A stretch of 64,000 bases of DNA from Chrysemys picta bellii (taxonomy: Eukaryota): positions 56,730,001 to 56,794,000 of the forward strand of contig NC_088795.1 in NCBI RefSeq assembly GCF_011386835.1, read 5' to 3'. How positions within the stretch are numbered: position 1 is the first letter of the stretch; each line of letters opens with the position of its first letter. The translations under genes and the position numbers were made by a program. This document shows positions 1 through 12,672 of the stretch, piece by piece. The notes beneath the pieces were generated by a model. It had not been told where the DNA came from and searched no databases. It was given only the letters and a program-made list of their open reading frames with translations.

Positions 1-696
1 GTAGCCTTAATAATAAGACAGAAAATATCATATTGCCTCTATATAAATCCATGGTATGCCCACATCTTGAATACTGTGTGCAGATGCGGTTGCCCCAACT
101 CAAACAGGATATATTGGAATTGGAAAAGGTTCAGAAAAGGGCAACAAAAATGACTAGGGGTAGGGAGCGTCTGCCATATGAGGAGAGATTAATAAGATTG
201 GGACTTTTCAGCTTGCAAAAGAGACGACTAAGGGGGGGATATGCTAGAGGTCTATAAAATCATGACTGGTGTGAAAGAAAGTAAATAAGGAAGTGTTATT
301 TACTCCTTCTCATAACACAAGAACTAGGTGTCACCAAATGAAATTAATAGGCAGCAGGTTTAAAACAAACAAAAGGAAGTATTTCTTCACACAAGGCACA
401 GCCAACCTGTGGAACTCTTTGCCAGAGGATGTTGTGAAGGCCAAGACTATAACAGGGTTCAAAAAAGAACTAGATACATTAATGGAGGATAGGTCCATCA
501 ATTAGCCAGGATAGGAAGGGATGGTTTCCCTAGCCTCCGCTTGCTAGAAGCTGGGAATGGGCGACGGGATGGATCACTTCATGATTACCTGTTCTGTTCA
601 TTCCCTCGGGTGCACCTGGCATTGGCCAGTGTCAGAAGACAGGATACTGGGCTAGATGGACCTTTGGTCTGATCCAGTATGGCCGTTCTTATGTTC
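1..696 (+). mobile_element. CR1 LINE 3' portion (ORF2 RT C-terminus with frameshifts, plus 3' UTR); runs off the window start
   Basis: ORFs 33..257 ([37 protein letters not shown]) and 293..505 ([21 protein letters not shown]...[11 protein letters not shown]) are typical CR1 ORF2 ends. 3' UTR ends GGCCGTTCTTATGTTC. Confidence 0.93.
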
Positions 697-1200
697 CATC
701 AACAACGTCCAGGTTTGTAGCCTGACCAACAGCACTTTATGGTTGAATGAATCAAAGGTGGCTGACCATCCTAAAAGTATTAACATGGATATTTTCCCTC
801 TGCCTCTGGGCATAAGAAGATCCTTCATCTGTGCAATTAGCACTTTTTTGATGCCATATCTAGGGCTAAAGTCTGACTGGGAAGAGTCCAGGTGCAGCTG
901 GGGTTATTTTGCCACTGCCTACTCAATAGCATCTAAATTATGCTGAAAGAAACCCTTGCTGAAAGTATTTTAAGAGGTGAGGAACTCAATACATTTTCAG
1001 ATCTCCATTCAGTTTCAACATGGGGAGGAAGAGGGACAAACTGAAGCAGCAGCAAAAGAAAACAATGTCTAAGGAGGAAGTTGCACAATGAAATGGTGAG
1101 AGATTAAAGGAGCGTGGTGGGACAACATGAGAAAGTCACAAATGGGGGACAGTCCTTCAGATGGAAGTTTTGGCAGACCTGCATTTATCCAAATGAACAA
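697..1200 (-). mobile_element. Degraded L2-clade LINE RT fragment, abutting the CR1 3' end (outer boundary approximate)
   Basis: Minus-strand translation gives LDSSQSDFSPRYGIKKVLIAQMKDLL..RGKISMLILLGWSATFDSFNHKVLLVRL, resembling the L2 RT motif LDPxQSGFRPxxxTETAL..D....SxLILLDLSAAFDTVDHxILLxRL. Confidence 0.7.
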
Positions 1201-1240
1201 AAATACTTAACTTTCATGCTGTGCATTGAAGAAAGGACAA

Positions 1241-1888
1241 TGGCCTAGATTCACAGAGATACTCAGGAGCTCAGGAGTCATGATGCTGAGCGTTGCAGCA
1301 CCTAACTTTTATGTGCCTGGAAAATCACAGGAACAACACTCCGATTCACGAAGCCTGAGTTAGTGCCTACATGGGGAGAGATTCACAAAAGCCAACACAC
1401 TAGGTGGCTTTCCTGTTGAAATCCCTTCTCCTCATCAGTTGGAGGGGGAACTTGAACGGGGGGTGGGGGGGATCTTCCACATCCCTGGGGAGTACCCTAA
1501 CCACTGGGCTAAAAGTTGTGAGGGAAGTCCTCTCTCTCTCTCCCTCCTCTCCCATTACCCTCGCTGTCTTGTGTGAACCTGCTTGAGGGGCCTGGTCTGA
1601 TAGGTGTGCGCAGAGCCAGATCAGGCCCCACACGAGTTATGCAGGTGAATCCTTGTCCTCCTTGGTTTGTGAATTGCTCTGGGATTTAGGTGGGAGATAC
1701 ATGCCCAGAGTTGAGGCAGTCGCACACATGTCCAGAGGCAGAAACAAAGGAGCAGAGAACTTTTTACTGCAAAATCTTAGGTGCTGAGTGCATTTAGGCA
1801 CCCACAGGATTCAGCAGAAGTTTTGTGAATAGCAATGGAGGATAAAGCTGGGACTTCGGAGCTTAAGAACCTTTGTGAATCTAGGCCA
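1241..1888. mobile_element. Non-autonomous DNA transposon (MITE-like) with 15-bp terminal inverted repeat
   Basis: TGGCCTAGATTCACA at 1241-1255 and its reverse complement TGTGAATCTAGGCCA at 1874-1888; internal gcacctaa/ttaggcac motifs. No clear TSD seen. Confidence 0.6.
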
Positions 1889-3379
1889 GTGACACTAGAA
1901 CATTCAAAATAGAGCTCACACAGCTCTAGCATGAGACTGGGTGACTGGTACCTCCTTTGGGAGCACAGCACTACTGGGATACAGATGAATCACTGAGTAC
2001 ACTATTAATATATTACATTGGCCCCAAAGTTACTTGGGGGGATGCAGGAGAATCACGTTTTGAAATTCAGCCCTGTCTGTGTGAGATTCATACTGACTGC
2101 AAGAGATTCAATGAGTCTGTGATACATATAAAGGTGAAGGAAGAGGAGGATATGAATGAAGAATGAGGATAGATATTTCTTTTGTCACTAACACTAAAGG
2201 AAAAGATGGAGAAAAGCTAGAGCCCTAGGCATGCTTTTACTAATTTTAGTTTTTAGTTGTTCAGGTCACTGGTTCACCTTGTTCATATTACCACAGAAAT
2301 TAGATTCTGCAATGTAAAATGTAGCTACTAAGAATCAGTACATCTTCGACTATCAAAGATTTAAGTAAATAAAAATGTAAAAGGGGGAAAGAGAGAATGT
2401 GCTGTTTGATCTATTTATGGTTTTTCGACGGGTGTTTTCAGATTGGAAGTGATGTTTAATGAATGACCTGAGCAATCTCACCAAATGCTAACAATGAAAC
2501 ATTAAACACCAACAGCTGAAGACTGTTGCCTTAGACTCAGGAACACCTTAACCCATCTGACAATATTGTAGTAATAATTAATTAACAGGTCATTCAAGAA
2601 TGAATCAAACCACCATAAATCTTATTTTAAACGCTAGCTTATCTCTACAATGGGACCTAGGCATATGCATGGCAATGGTGTAACTGATCTTGGTCTAATT
2701 CAGAGACATTTTACTACCTGTATATCAAGTCATAGTTCACACAGACAATACATTCAGTGCACACTTAGAGGTTTGTCTTGTACTTCATTACTAACATGAA
2801 AGCTATTGAGATTTGTGTACTCAGTGACTGCAGAAACACCTTTTTTGTCTATATTTCTAATATACTTTTATGAAACAGAGCCATGTCAGTGCCTCAGATA
2901 TTATGGTGATAAATGGAAGGATGCACAGAGAGACAGACAATATCCTACAGATTGAAAGTTTTATTAATTTGCTGTTCCCTTGAACACAATTATTCTCTCC
3001 AGCACAGCAGATGCCAGGATCTGTGGAGGCATCAAAGTTTTGGCTAAGTGAGTTTCATTTAATATATTAAAATAGACATTATGGAAATACTTATATACAT
3101 TATTCCTATTGTATTTGAGTGCATGCAAGAAATGAAACTCACAGTGATTCCCTCCTTATGCATCAAGGCAAGCGAAAACACAGATGCATAAACTAAACAT
3201 CTTCTCCTCTCCCTCCCTCTTTTTACTGTTTTTAGGCCATGGAAATGCCAGATACCGGAATCTGAAAACACTGGCCACAACTTTTCATCTTTTTTTGGAG
3301 AACAAAGGGATAATAAGATTTACTTTCCCCATCACTCGGGCAGGGATTTTGGAGCCAACAGTCCTCTATTCATCTATCT

Positions 3380-3646
3380 AGGAGTATAACAGGGTTTAAA
3401 AGAGAACTAGATAAATTCATGGAGGTTAAGTCCATTAATGGCTATTAGCCAGGCTGGGTAAGGAATGGTGTCCCTAGCCTCTGTTTGTCAGAGGGTGGAG
3501 ATGGATGGCAGGAGAGAGATCACTTGATCATTGCCTGTTAGGTTCACTGCCTCAGGGGCACCTGGCATTGGCCACTGTCGGCAGACAGGATACTGGGCTG
3601 GATGGACCTTTGGTCTGACCCAGTATGGCCGTTCTTATGTTCTTAT
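3380..3646 (+). mobile_element. 5'-truncated CR1 3' end
   Basis: Same 3' UTR type as 480-696, ending GGCCGTTCTTATGTTCTTAT (8-nt terminal repeat). Confidence 0.88.
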
Positions 3647-6600
3647 CCACAGGAGAGAGAAATACTGTCCTACGTCTATTTTCCACACGAAAACGCTGAG
3701 AATTAGGATGGTGGTGGGAGTTGTGCAACTTGCAGCTCTGAAGTTATTCCTTTCCAAGCTCCCAGCAACTCCCCTTGTAACAGGGCCACTACTTTTTCCA
3801 AGTGTTTTTTTTTTAATATCCTTGCACCCACAGTTCCAGAAGTGTCTGAAGCCAGCAGCTGAGACTGGCTACTAGACAGTGTATTGAGAGCAGCACATGT
3901 AGATGTGATACTCCCACAGAGTCTCAACGACATCTTTAATACTCTTTACTATAGGTGACATTTGTAGCCTCTGCCTGCTTGGGATAAAGGGATCTTGAGT
4001 CATGTCCAAACTTGGATCTCCCCAAGGGTAACCTGTCAGCTATCTGCTGAGTATAAGGTAGTTTCTTAAAGTAGATAAATTAACTTTAACCATTTTGGTG
4101 GAGAGAGAGGGTTGGGAGGGCTCTTGTGTCATAATCATTTTACAGCTGGGTGTTCGTAGCATTTTTTTTTATTATTATAAAGCGGTATGAGCTTGCTGTC
4201 ATTAAAAACCTGCAATCTGGTTTTTAGTGTCTGATCCAATTAAGTGTACATCTGGCAAGACACACAACCAAATAAATAATTGGAGAGGTGCAACTCTGAA
4301 ATGACAATGGTTATTCATCGATCTCTTTTTGCAAGTCGAGATTGAGAGATGTAAACTTCAAGTGAATGAGATCTCCTGGGTGAGATTCTTCAGTTCAAAC
4401 ACAGTAAACAACTGTTGTTCTCTGATGCACATTTTAGTACTGCTGGAGGCAAACTTTCTAAATATTAATAAAAAACCTACTACTGGCAGAGTGTACAGAT
4501 GAATAGGAAGCACTGGGAAACAAGCCCCAGTGCCGGATTTCTTGTCCACATTCAAAGGCTAATCAAAAAGCATATGTTTCAGGGCACATAAGAAGGGGGA
4601 GTCCCAAATTTCCTATAAAGTTACCCTTTTAGAATCATAAGAGAGATGAAAATTCAGTAAACAGAAACAGAGAAGGCATATGATATCATGAATCTCATGC
4701 CAAACACAACATTAGAAAAGCATGTGCTGTGTCCAAGCGCCACTAAGACTCATTTAAACTCTGACATTTCTTTCTTTGAGGTTGATCTGCTAGCAGATTA
4801 TCTTCTTGAATATACACCCTCACTATAGCCCCTTTGTGCTGCTCTGGTGGTGCAAAGAGGCCATAAAGCTGACTTAGCTAACCAGCATGTGGACACGATG
4901 GGAGACTAGGTGTTGCCAGAGCATTGCTACTCTCAGAGGCTGTTACTAGCTGGCACATGAGAGCAGGGCTGAGTCTGCTCTGATTTGTGCCTGGACCCCA
5001 TATGTTTACTTGCCTATTGAGTCTAAACTGTCACACTGAAATATATGGTAAATGCTCACTTTGAGGGTCAATCTGAAATTCCCACACACTAACCTGGCAA
5101 GCCAGAGGGCACTTCACTTTATCCCAATAATAATACTTTAAAATATACAACTATACAAGAACATGGGGCCAGAGTCACTGGCGGGTCTAGGTCAGCATAC
5201 AATGGCAAAGCCCCTTGGTGCAAAGCCCTGGTGATGGAAATTTGGCAGAAGGAAAAAGTTGCGAAGTCCACAACTTCAGCGGACTGGGGTGAGTGCGTAG
5301 GGGGGTTTGAACAGCTAAATAAATGGGCACGGCCGATGGGTGTGATGATGAATGTGCTGAATGTTCACCACATGCCAGCAAAAAGCCTAATGCATGGTGT
5401 TGTGGCTAAACTGCCTGCCATCCCTTGGGGATTACCCCTTCTGGGTGAGTAGGAATGCTGTAGCCTGCAAACTGCCAGCTCGGTTTGGGGAGTGGGGGAG
5501 AGAGGGTGCAGAGGCTTATTTAGGAGGAAAATATTTAAGCTATCTCCATCCCAGAAGCCTTGAAAATGGATTTGGTTTTTGTCTGTGTCCTCAGTGGAGA
5601 GATATCTTTAAAACATTGGCAAGTCCCAACAATCAAGTTCTGCCTCCCCTCAGAGTCTAGCGAGAAAGGAAGGTGGTGACTGGTTAGGGCATAACAATGA
5701 CTCGATAAATAATATTGTACCTCAAGCACATGTTTGGTAGGGACTCAAATGAGCAACGGTGGGAGGGTGAAGCAAGTACGTAGCCAGTCCTAGAGAACTG
5801 ACCAGCCATGCAAGGAGGCATACATGGCTTCTAGTTAGATTAAATAGCTCTTTCCTTCCTTGGAAATAGTTTAAAGTTTTTAGGAGAAGACTAACGGGCT
5901 CGTTGGTCAGCCAGCCACAAAAAGGGAGGAGAGTCTATGAAAGGAGCATCAAAAAGGGAGTAACTTTCTTTGGCTTCTTGGTTCTGCTTTCAGCTACAGC
6001 AATGTAGCTTGGGAATAATTTCAATGACTTTAAATGACAATAACAGAACTGTTTACAGGTACTGGGAACTTCTGTACATGAACTGGGGGGTCCTAGTACT
6101 GTCCTCTTGTGCCAGGCTCTCATTTCTAACTCATGCACCGTTAGCCTCTCCAGGCCTAATCTTCTGAAATAAGTGCCACTTACTGGGAAAGGAGAAAGCC
6201 ATCCCAACTGCCCTGCTGGTGGCAAAGGGAGAGACAAAAAAGAACTTCAAAAAACAAACTTTAAAACTGACCTCAGGAACACAGATTTGAACTTGAAGAA
6301 CCCACACTAACAGTAGGCACTTTATCCTTGGTACCAGTTCTTTATAGTAGTTTGCTCTCACAATACCCATCAGAAGGCCAGGAGATTTCTTACGCAGGCA
6401 CAGTAAGGAGGATAGATTCGGGAATGAGAGGGCTATAGTAATAGCCCTTGTGAGACTTCATATCTTTCTAGGAATTCAAAAGCAAAACTGGATTCAACAG
6501 GACCCCTATGATTTTAATAATTTTGGTGGAAGTTGGGAGTACACCTTGGTCCAGATACAGCCTCCCGCCATCTGTTCCTTCAAATGCCATCCCCTACCAA

Positions 6601-7873
6601 CAAGAATCATCTCTCTCTTATGCAGGCAGGTCACTTTCACCTAGATCCCTTTCTCAATCAGGTTAGATGAAAAGGAGATATAAAACGAAATATCAGCAGC
6701 AAGTGGATGATAATGCAGCCCAAAATGTTGCCTCTTAGTCTTCATATAAATATTGAGCAAAAGGGGTTACAAGATGGATCCTCCATAACCTCACATATGA
6801 AGGCCTTCAGAGAACATCAGCAATTGCACAGCATTACCCTTTGGGAACTCTATGTGAGAAGTCAATGGAATCACTCATATGCTTAAAATTAGGCACATGC
6901 CTTATTACCTTGCTGAATCAGGGCCACAGAGCACAAACTTGAAGTCACTGGGAACAGAGAGCATTTAGCACCATGCAAGAAGTGCTCATTATTCCTGCAG
7001 GTTCAACTCCATATTTAGTGGGTCTGCAATGGTTGACTATACAAATTAACGCTGGGCTGAAACTTGGCAATATTTCTGGTTTCACTGTGTTTCTTTTCTC
7101 TTATCAGTAATTAAAAGAAGCCTTATTTTATTACAGCCTGTAATCTGTAATGTGAATCCAATCTTTTGGCCTTTTTATATTTAAAGCAGCTAGATTCTCA
7201 TTGTCATAAAATAGGCAAATGCAGCAGCACCCTACCTTGTTTTTAAATGGTCTAAACATAGATTGTCCACTCTGCACCGAAGCAATAAAACAGTGTATCC
7301 ATTTTTATTAAAAAAGAAAACAAAAACAGAAAAAAACCTTCAAATGAAATTAAACCACAAACATTTTCAAGTAAAGTTGACCAAAATAAATAAATATACT
7401 GCTTCTTCCTCAGAATATTTATATAAACTGAAAAACGTAATTGGGTTTATTTAAGAATCTAAAAAGCCATTGCATTATTGCCATCTAAATGAGAAAATGT
7501 ACGCTGCATTGAAAACAAAATCCTAATTCCATAAGGGTTTTTGTAACAATCCTTTGTCAATCATATCTGCTATGCTGACGTTTTGCACCCGTGATAGCCA
7601 GAATAGGTAGCAGCTCTTCATTTTCTGCTGGATAAAATACATAGAGGTTGTAGTTATTCAACTATTATGAAGGTTTAAATTAAAAACTGAATTACTGGCG
7701 AGTCTGCATTTTAATTTTTTTAAGTGGTGACCTGTAGCTAGTAATTCCCTCTCTATAAAAGATACAATAATCTCCTACACTAGCCAGAGACTATATACAA
7801 GTGCAGGCAACAAAGCCTGCAGTATTGTTTTAGATGAACCATACTGATCGCTCTGTACTTCCTTCAGGCCTCC

Positions 7874-8029
7874 NNNNNNNNNNNNNNNNNNNNNNNNNNN
7901 NNNNNNNNNNNNNNNNNNNNNNNNNNNNNNNNNNNNNNNNNNNNNNNNNNNNNNNNNNNNNNNNNNNNNNNNNNNNNNNNNNNNNNNNNNNNNNNNNNNN
8001 NNNNNNNNNNNNNNNNNNNNNNNNNNNNN
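7874..8029. other. Assembly gap (156 N)
   Basis: Run of N from 7874 to 8029. Confidence 0.99.
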
Positions 8030-10445
8030 ATACTAAGTACTAATCAATCATTGGCAAATGCACTAATAAAAGCCATGAATCAAATGTCTGCATGTGTGTG
8101 TACTCACATATACTGTATATATATGGGGAGAAGGAGAGAAAGAACAAAGTGTGGCGGAATACGTGAGGATACCACATTTATCTTCACTATTTGTAAGTTT
8201 ATATCCCTAATTCACTAGTTAAATGAAATAGAAATAAATATTGTTTTGTGTGCCAACATGATGTATACTATTTAGAAACGACTGAAAGGACCATTTATAT
8301 TAAGAAATATTAATCAGTTTATGATACTGAATGAAAAATATAAGGTACCTAGTCAGTGTAATTCATCCTTATGCCATGCACCCTGATCTTTGAGGAAAAA
8401 TAGGTGTGTCAGCTGTTCAGTATATACAATAAACCCGGGTTATGGGGACAGCACTTGTCTTAGTGTAGAGTGAGCAATTTTTCATGAATTCAGCATTGGA
8501 AGCGGCAGTTGAGCATGCATTGCATGAGAATTAGTTGGTTTCTTAATATGGTGTAGGAGAAATATCTTACAGAAGTCTTCTGGTGTTTCTCCTATTACCA
8601 CTTCTAAAGCTTTAAAGCTGTCTGCTCTTCCTCCTCTTCTGTTGGTTCCATTCTAAAATCCCCAGGGAATGGACAAGAAGCACCTATCAGAGCTTCACAT
8701 GTCAAGATGAGAAAAACCAATTTCAAGCCCCCAAATAAAGCTACTGTTGTAGGAGGTCACTTATATGTTACCGGTTGCTTAATGACCATGTCTTGAAGGT
8801 AAATAAAAACAAATAAAAAAGCCCGGAATGGGCTTAAAACAAGATCCTGAATTGCAGTGCTGCTCTCAGATACTGTGGTGTTGCAGACAGAAGTACTCAC
8901 GTGAGTGCAGTTTTTGTTGCATGCTTTACAGTAAATATTCCTTGTAAAGTGTGATGGAACAACAACATAGAATGGGCATCTTCTACCTATTATGCTCCCA
9001 CTAACGTCAAAAGCAAAACTCACTGATTTCATTGGGAGCAAGTGTGGGTTTCTGATATAAGTAAACAAGGACCTGGAACACTCAACTGTCATTCAAGAAC
9101 AGTTTATTGTTATACACACATTACCCCTGCAATGTTGCCAGAGACCAGGAGAGGAACTTGGGATAACTTTACAATAAATGTTAATTGCATAGGTTAAAGA
9201 TTCCTATTTATGCCACTAGCTTTGGGGGCAATTTTCATAATATTAAAGCTTTGTTAATTCAGATCTTTCTGATAAGCACCATCCACTTATTTATTTACAT
9301 ATCTATGCATTTTTTGTGCAGCTCCCTTTGATATGGTATCTGGACACCCAAGCAATAATTAACAGAAACAAAAATGCATACTCAGTCAGAGGCAATGGAT
9401 AAGCAGTAATTGGCAACTGATGGACAACAGGCACAGACACTGCCCTCAGACTTGCTAACCATGGGCTCTGGTGAACTGTCAAAAGGACCACTTTCCACAA
9501 ATGGGGGCACTCCGTTCAGAATGCCTTGGTTCTGGTTTCTTACAACAAAACGCCAGGAACCATCAGCAAGAGCAACGCAACTGATCTTAACAGCAGAGAT
9601 GTAACAGAGGGTCAGATGCAATCTCTTAGGTAGCTGGGTGCTAGGCTATTCAGAGCTTTAAACCGTAAGCTAGTGCAAACGCCCAGAGCATGAGAGTGCT
9701 CCCAGTTATCTGCCCACTGGGGAGGCCAACTTCAGCAAGAGGCACCAGCTGGAACTTCCAAGTGTTCTTCAAGGGTAACCCCAGTGAAGCAATCTACCCC
9801 GAAGCTGACAAAGGCTAACATAACTGTGGCAAAGTTTACACCCAAGAGGAGGGGCTGCACTATTTTGGCCAACCACCCCCACCACCTATCAACTTGCACA
9901 CCTCTTTGCCTATACTAGCTACAAGTATTAGAAGAGAGGAATTATATGAGTGCTGGAGAAAACAGGTTCCAAAGAGTCCTGAACTTTTAGCTGGCTACTG
10001 TTTTCCCACATCTGTTGCACGTGCACAGAGCACTACAAAATGCACGCAAAACCTGACTAACTTAGGCCTGGTCTACACTATGACTTTAATTCGGATTTAG
10101 CAGTGTTAAATCGAATTAACCCTGTACCTGCCCACACAACGACACCATTTATTTCGCAATAAAGGGCTCTTAAAATCGATTTCTGTACTCCATCCCGACG
10201 AGCGGAGTAGCGCCAAAATTGATATTGTCATTTCGAATTAGGGTTAGTGTGGCCGCAATTCGATGCTATTGGCCTCCGGGAGCTATCCCACAGTGCACCA
10301 TTGTAACCACTCTGGACAGCAATCTGAACTCAGATGCACTGGCCAGGTAGACAGGAAAAGCCCCGCGAACATTTGAATTTTATTTCCTGTTTGCCCAGCA
10401 TGGAGAGCACAGGTGACCAGAGATAGCTCATCAGCACAGGTAACC

Positions 10446-10989
10446 ATGCAGGCCGATAATCGAAAAAGAGCACCAGCATGGACCATACGGGAGGTACTGG
10501 ATCTGATCGCTATATGGGGAGAGGATTCAGTGCTAGCAGAACTTCGTTCGAAAAGACGAAATGCCAAAACTTTTGAAAATATCTCCAAGTGCATGATGGA
10601 GAGAGGCCACAATAAGGACTCAGATCAGTGCCGCGTGAAAGTCAAGGAGCTCAGACAAGCCTATCAAAAAACAAAGCAGGCAAACGGTCGCTCCGGGTCA
10701 GAGCCGCGGACATGCCGCTTCTACGCCGAACTGCATGCAGTTCTAAGGGGGGCCGCCACCACTACCCCACCTCTGACCGTGGATTCTGAGGCAGGGGTAA
10801 TCTCATCAGCTACACCTGAGGATTCTGCGGACGGGGAAGAGGAGGAGGAGGAGGAGGACGAGCTTGCGGAGAGCACACAGCACTCCGTTCTCCCCAAAAG
10901 CCAGGATCTTTTTCTCAGCCTGACTGAAGTACCCTTCCAACCCTCCCAAGCCAGTATCCAAGACCATGACCCCATGGAAGGGACCTCAG
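10446..10989 (+). CDS. Harbinger Myb/SANT-like DNA-binding protein, exon 1
   Basis: ATG at 10446. RKRAPAWTIREVLDLIAIWGEDSVLAELRSKRRNAKTFENISKCMMERGHNKDSDQCRVKVKELRQAY is a trihelix/Myb-SANT domain, followed by a poly-Glu tract. Donor G|gtgagt at 10989/10990. Confidence 0.88.
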
Positions 10990-12045
10990 GTGAGTTTACA
11001 TTTTAAAATATAAAACTTGTTTTAAAAGCAAGCGTTTTTTAATGATTACTTTGCCCTGAGGACTTGGGATGCATTCACGGCCAGTACAGCTACTGGAAAA
11101 GTCTGTTAATGTGTCTGGGGATGGAGCGGAAATCCTCCAGGGACATCTCCATGAAGCTCTCCTGGAGGTACTCCAAAAGCCTTGCCACAATGTTTCTGGG
11201 CAGTGCGGCCTTATTCCGTCTTCCATGGTAGGACACTTGACCATGCCATGCTTGCAGCAAGTAATCTGGTATCATTGCATGATAAAGCCTGGCAGCGTAT
11301 GATCCCGGTGTTTGCTGGCATTCAAGCAACATCCGTTCCTTGTCTCGCTGTGTAATCCTCAGGAGAGTGATATTGCTGATGGTAACCTGGTTGAAATATG
11401 GGAATTTAATTAAGGGAACAGAGGTGGCCGTTCCTACTGGGCTGTTTGCCTGTGGCTGAAAAGAAATCCTTCCCTGCAGTTAGCCAAGCGCGTGGGGGGG
11501 GGGGGGGGGGAATTGGCCCTGAGCTTTTCGCGTTTGGCTAGCAGGGATCTTCCCTGATACCAGCCACGCGGTGGGGGGAGGGGTAAAGCGATCATCCCAG
11601 AGAATTCATGGCGGGGTGGGGGGTGTTAGTTTGGTTCCTGCAGGGATCTTCCCTGATACCAGCCCTGCGGTGGGGGGAGGGATAAAGCGATCATCCAGAG
11701 AATTGGATGGGGGGGGGGTTAGTTTGTTTTCTGCTGCTGAAGGTTAACAGGAAAACCGCAGCACTCAACGGGCTTTGCTTGGTATGTGGGAAAGGAGGGC
11801 GCAGAAGCCGAAAGACAATGGCTTACCATGGCCGCATGCAAGCCGAATTCTGTTGCTCGGACCTGCGTCTGTGATCTCTAGCAGCAAAGCCACAGGCATT
11901 CAATATTAAGAGGCAAAATGCGACCTTGCACAAAAATCACATGTGCTATGTAATGTGAATAGTGTTGGTCACCGTGAAAGAGTATAAGCATTGTTCTGCA
12001 AAATGTATCTTTTAAAAAAATTCTCTCCTTTTTACCTCCCTCCAG

Positions 12046-12482
12046 CAGCTGCAAATTTTTCAAGCCTCCCTCCTCTGTCCCGAAGGCTATCTCAGATAAG
12101 GCGTTGGAAAAAGAAGATGCGAGACGAGATGTTCGCGGAAATCATGGAATCCACCCGCAGTGAAAGAGCTCATCTGAATGAGTGGAAGGACAGGGTTTCA
12201 AAGTATAGGAAAGAAGCCAGTGAATGTGAGGACAGGAGGGACCAAAGTGAGGACATGAGGGACCAACGTGAGGACAGGAGGGACCAACGTGAGGAGAGAA
12301 GAGACGCTCGAGATGAGAGGTGGTGGCAGGAAGATCAGAGGAGGCAGGATGCAACGCTGGGGCTGCTGTGTGAGCAAACGGACACGCTCCGGCGTCTGGT
12401 GGAGCTTCAGGAACAACAGCAGGATAACAGAGTGCCGCTACAGCCCCTGTATAACCCCCTCCCCGCTCACCATTTTCCATAG
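12046..12482 (+). CDS. Harbinger Myb/SANT-like protein, exon 2 (coiled-coil-like C-terminus)
   Basis: Acceptor ..ctccctccag at 12044-45. The phase-1 junction G|CA keeps frame with ORF 11991..12482 (AAANFSSLPPLSRRLSQIRRWKKKMRDEMFAEIM..). Spliced product is about 326 aa. The last few codons may be shifted out of the ancestral frame near the poly-C at about 12455. Confidence 0.75.
12226..12295 (+). repeat. 21-bp tandem repeat (3 copies plus a partial) in Myb exon 2
   Basis: GTGAGGACAGGAGGGACCAAA / GTGAGGACATGAGGGACCAAC / GTGAGGACAGGAGGGACCAAC / GTGAGGA..; encodes EDRRDQS-EDMRDQR-EDRRDQR. Confidence 0.9.
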
Positions 12483-12672
12483 CTTCCTCACCCAGACGTG
12501 AAAAAACGGGGGGGGGGGGGGGGGAGGCTCCGTACACCCTCCCATTCCACCCCAGTGGACAGCCAAAGCAAAAGGTTGTCATTTTTTTAACCTTTTTTTA
12601 GTGGCCTTTTCCTTCCCGCCGATCTTCCTCCCAAACCCCACCCGGGTTCTCTCCCTCTTTTTATAATCAATT

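Noticed and set aside
8895-8906. 12-bp palindrome ACTCACGTGAGT (E-box; donor-like GTGAGT on both strands)
   Set aside because: A short palindrome is expected by chance in 64 kb, and no supported exon with homology precedes it.
9495-9525. GGGCACTCCGTTCAGAATG as a tyrosine-recombinase HSFRIG relic (DIRS/Ngaro)
   Set aside because: Needs a frameshift, and the downstream GAAT..AA motif is absent; too weak to call.
12142-12582. 146-aa antisense ORF with VGPSCPH repeats, and CRISPR-like appearance of the 21-bp repeat
   Set aside because: Antisense reading of the Myb exon 2 tandem repeat; no spacers, eukaryotic context, not CRISPR.
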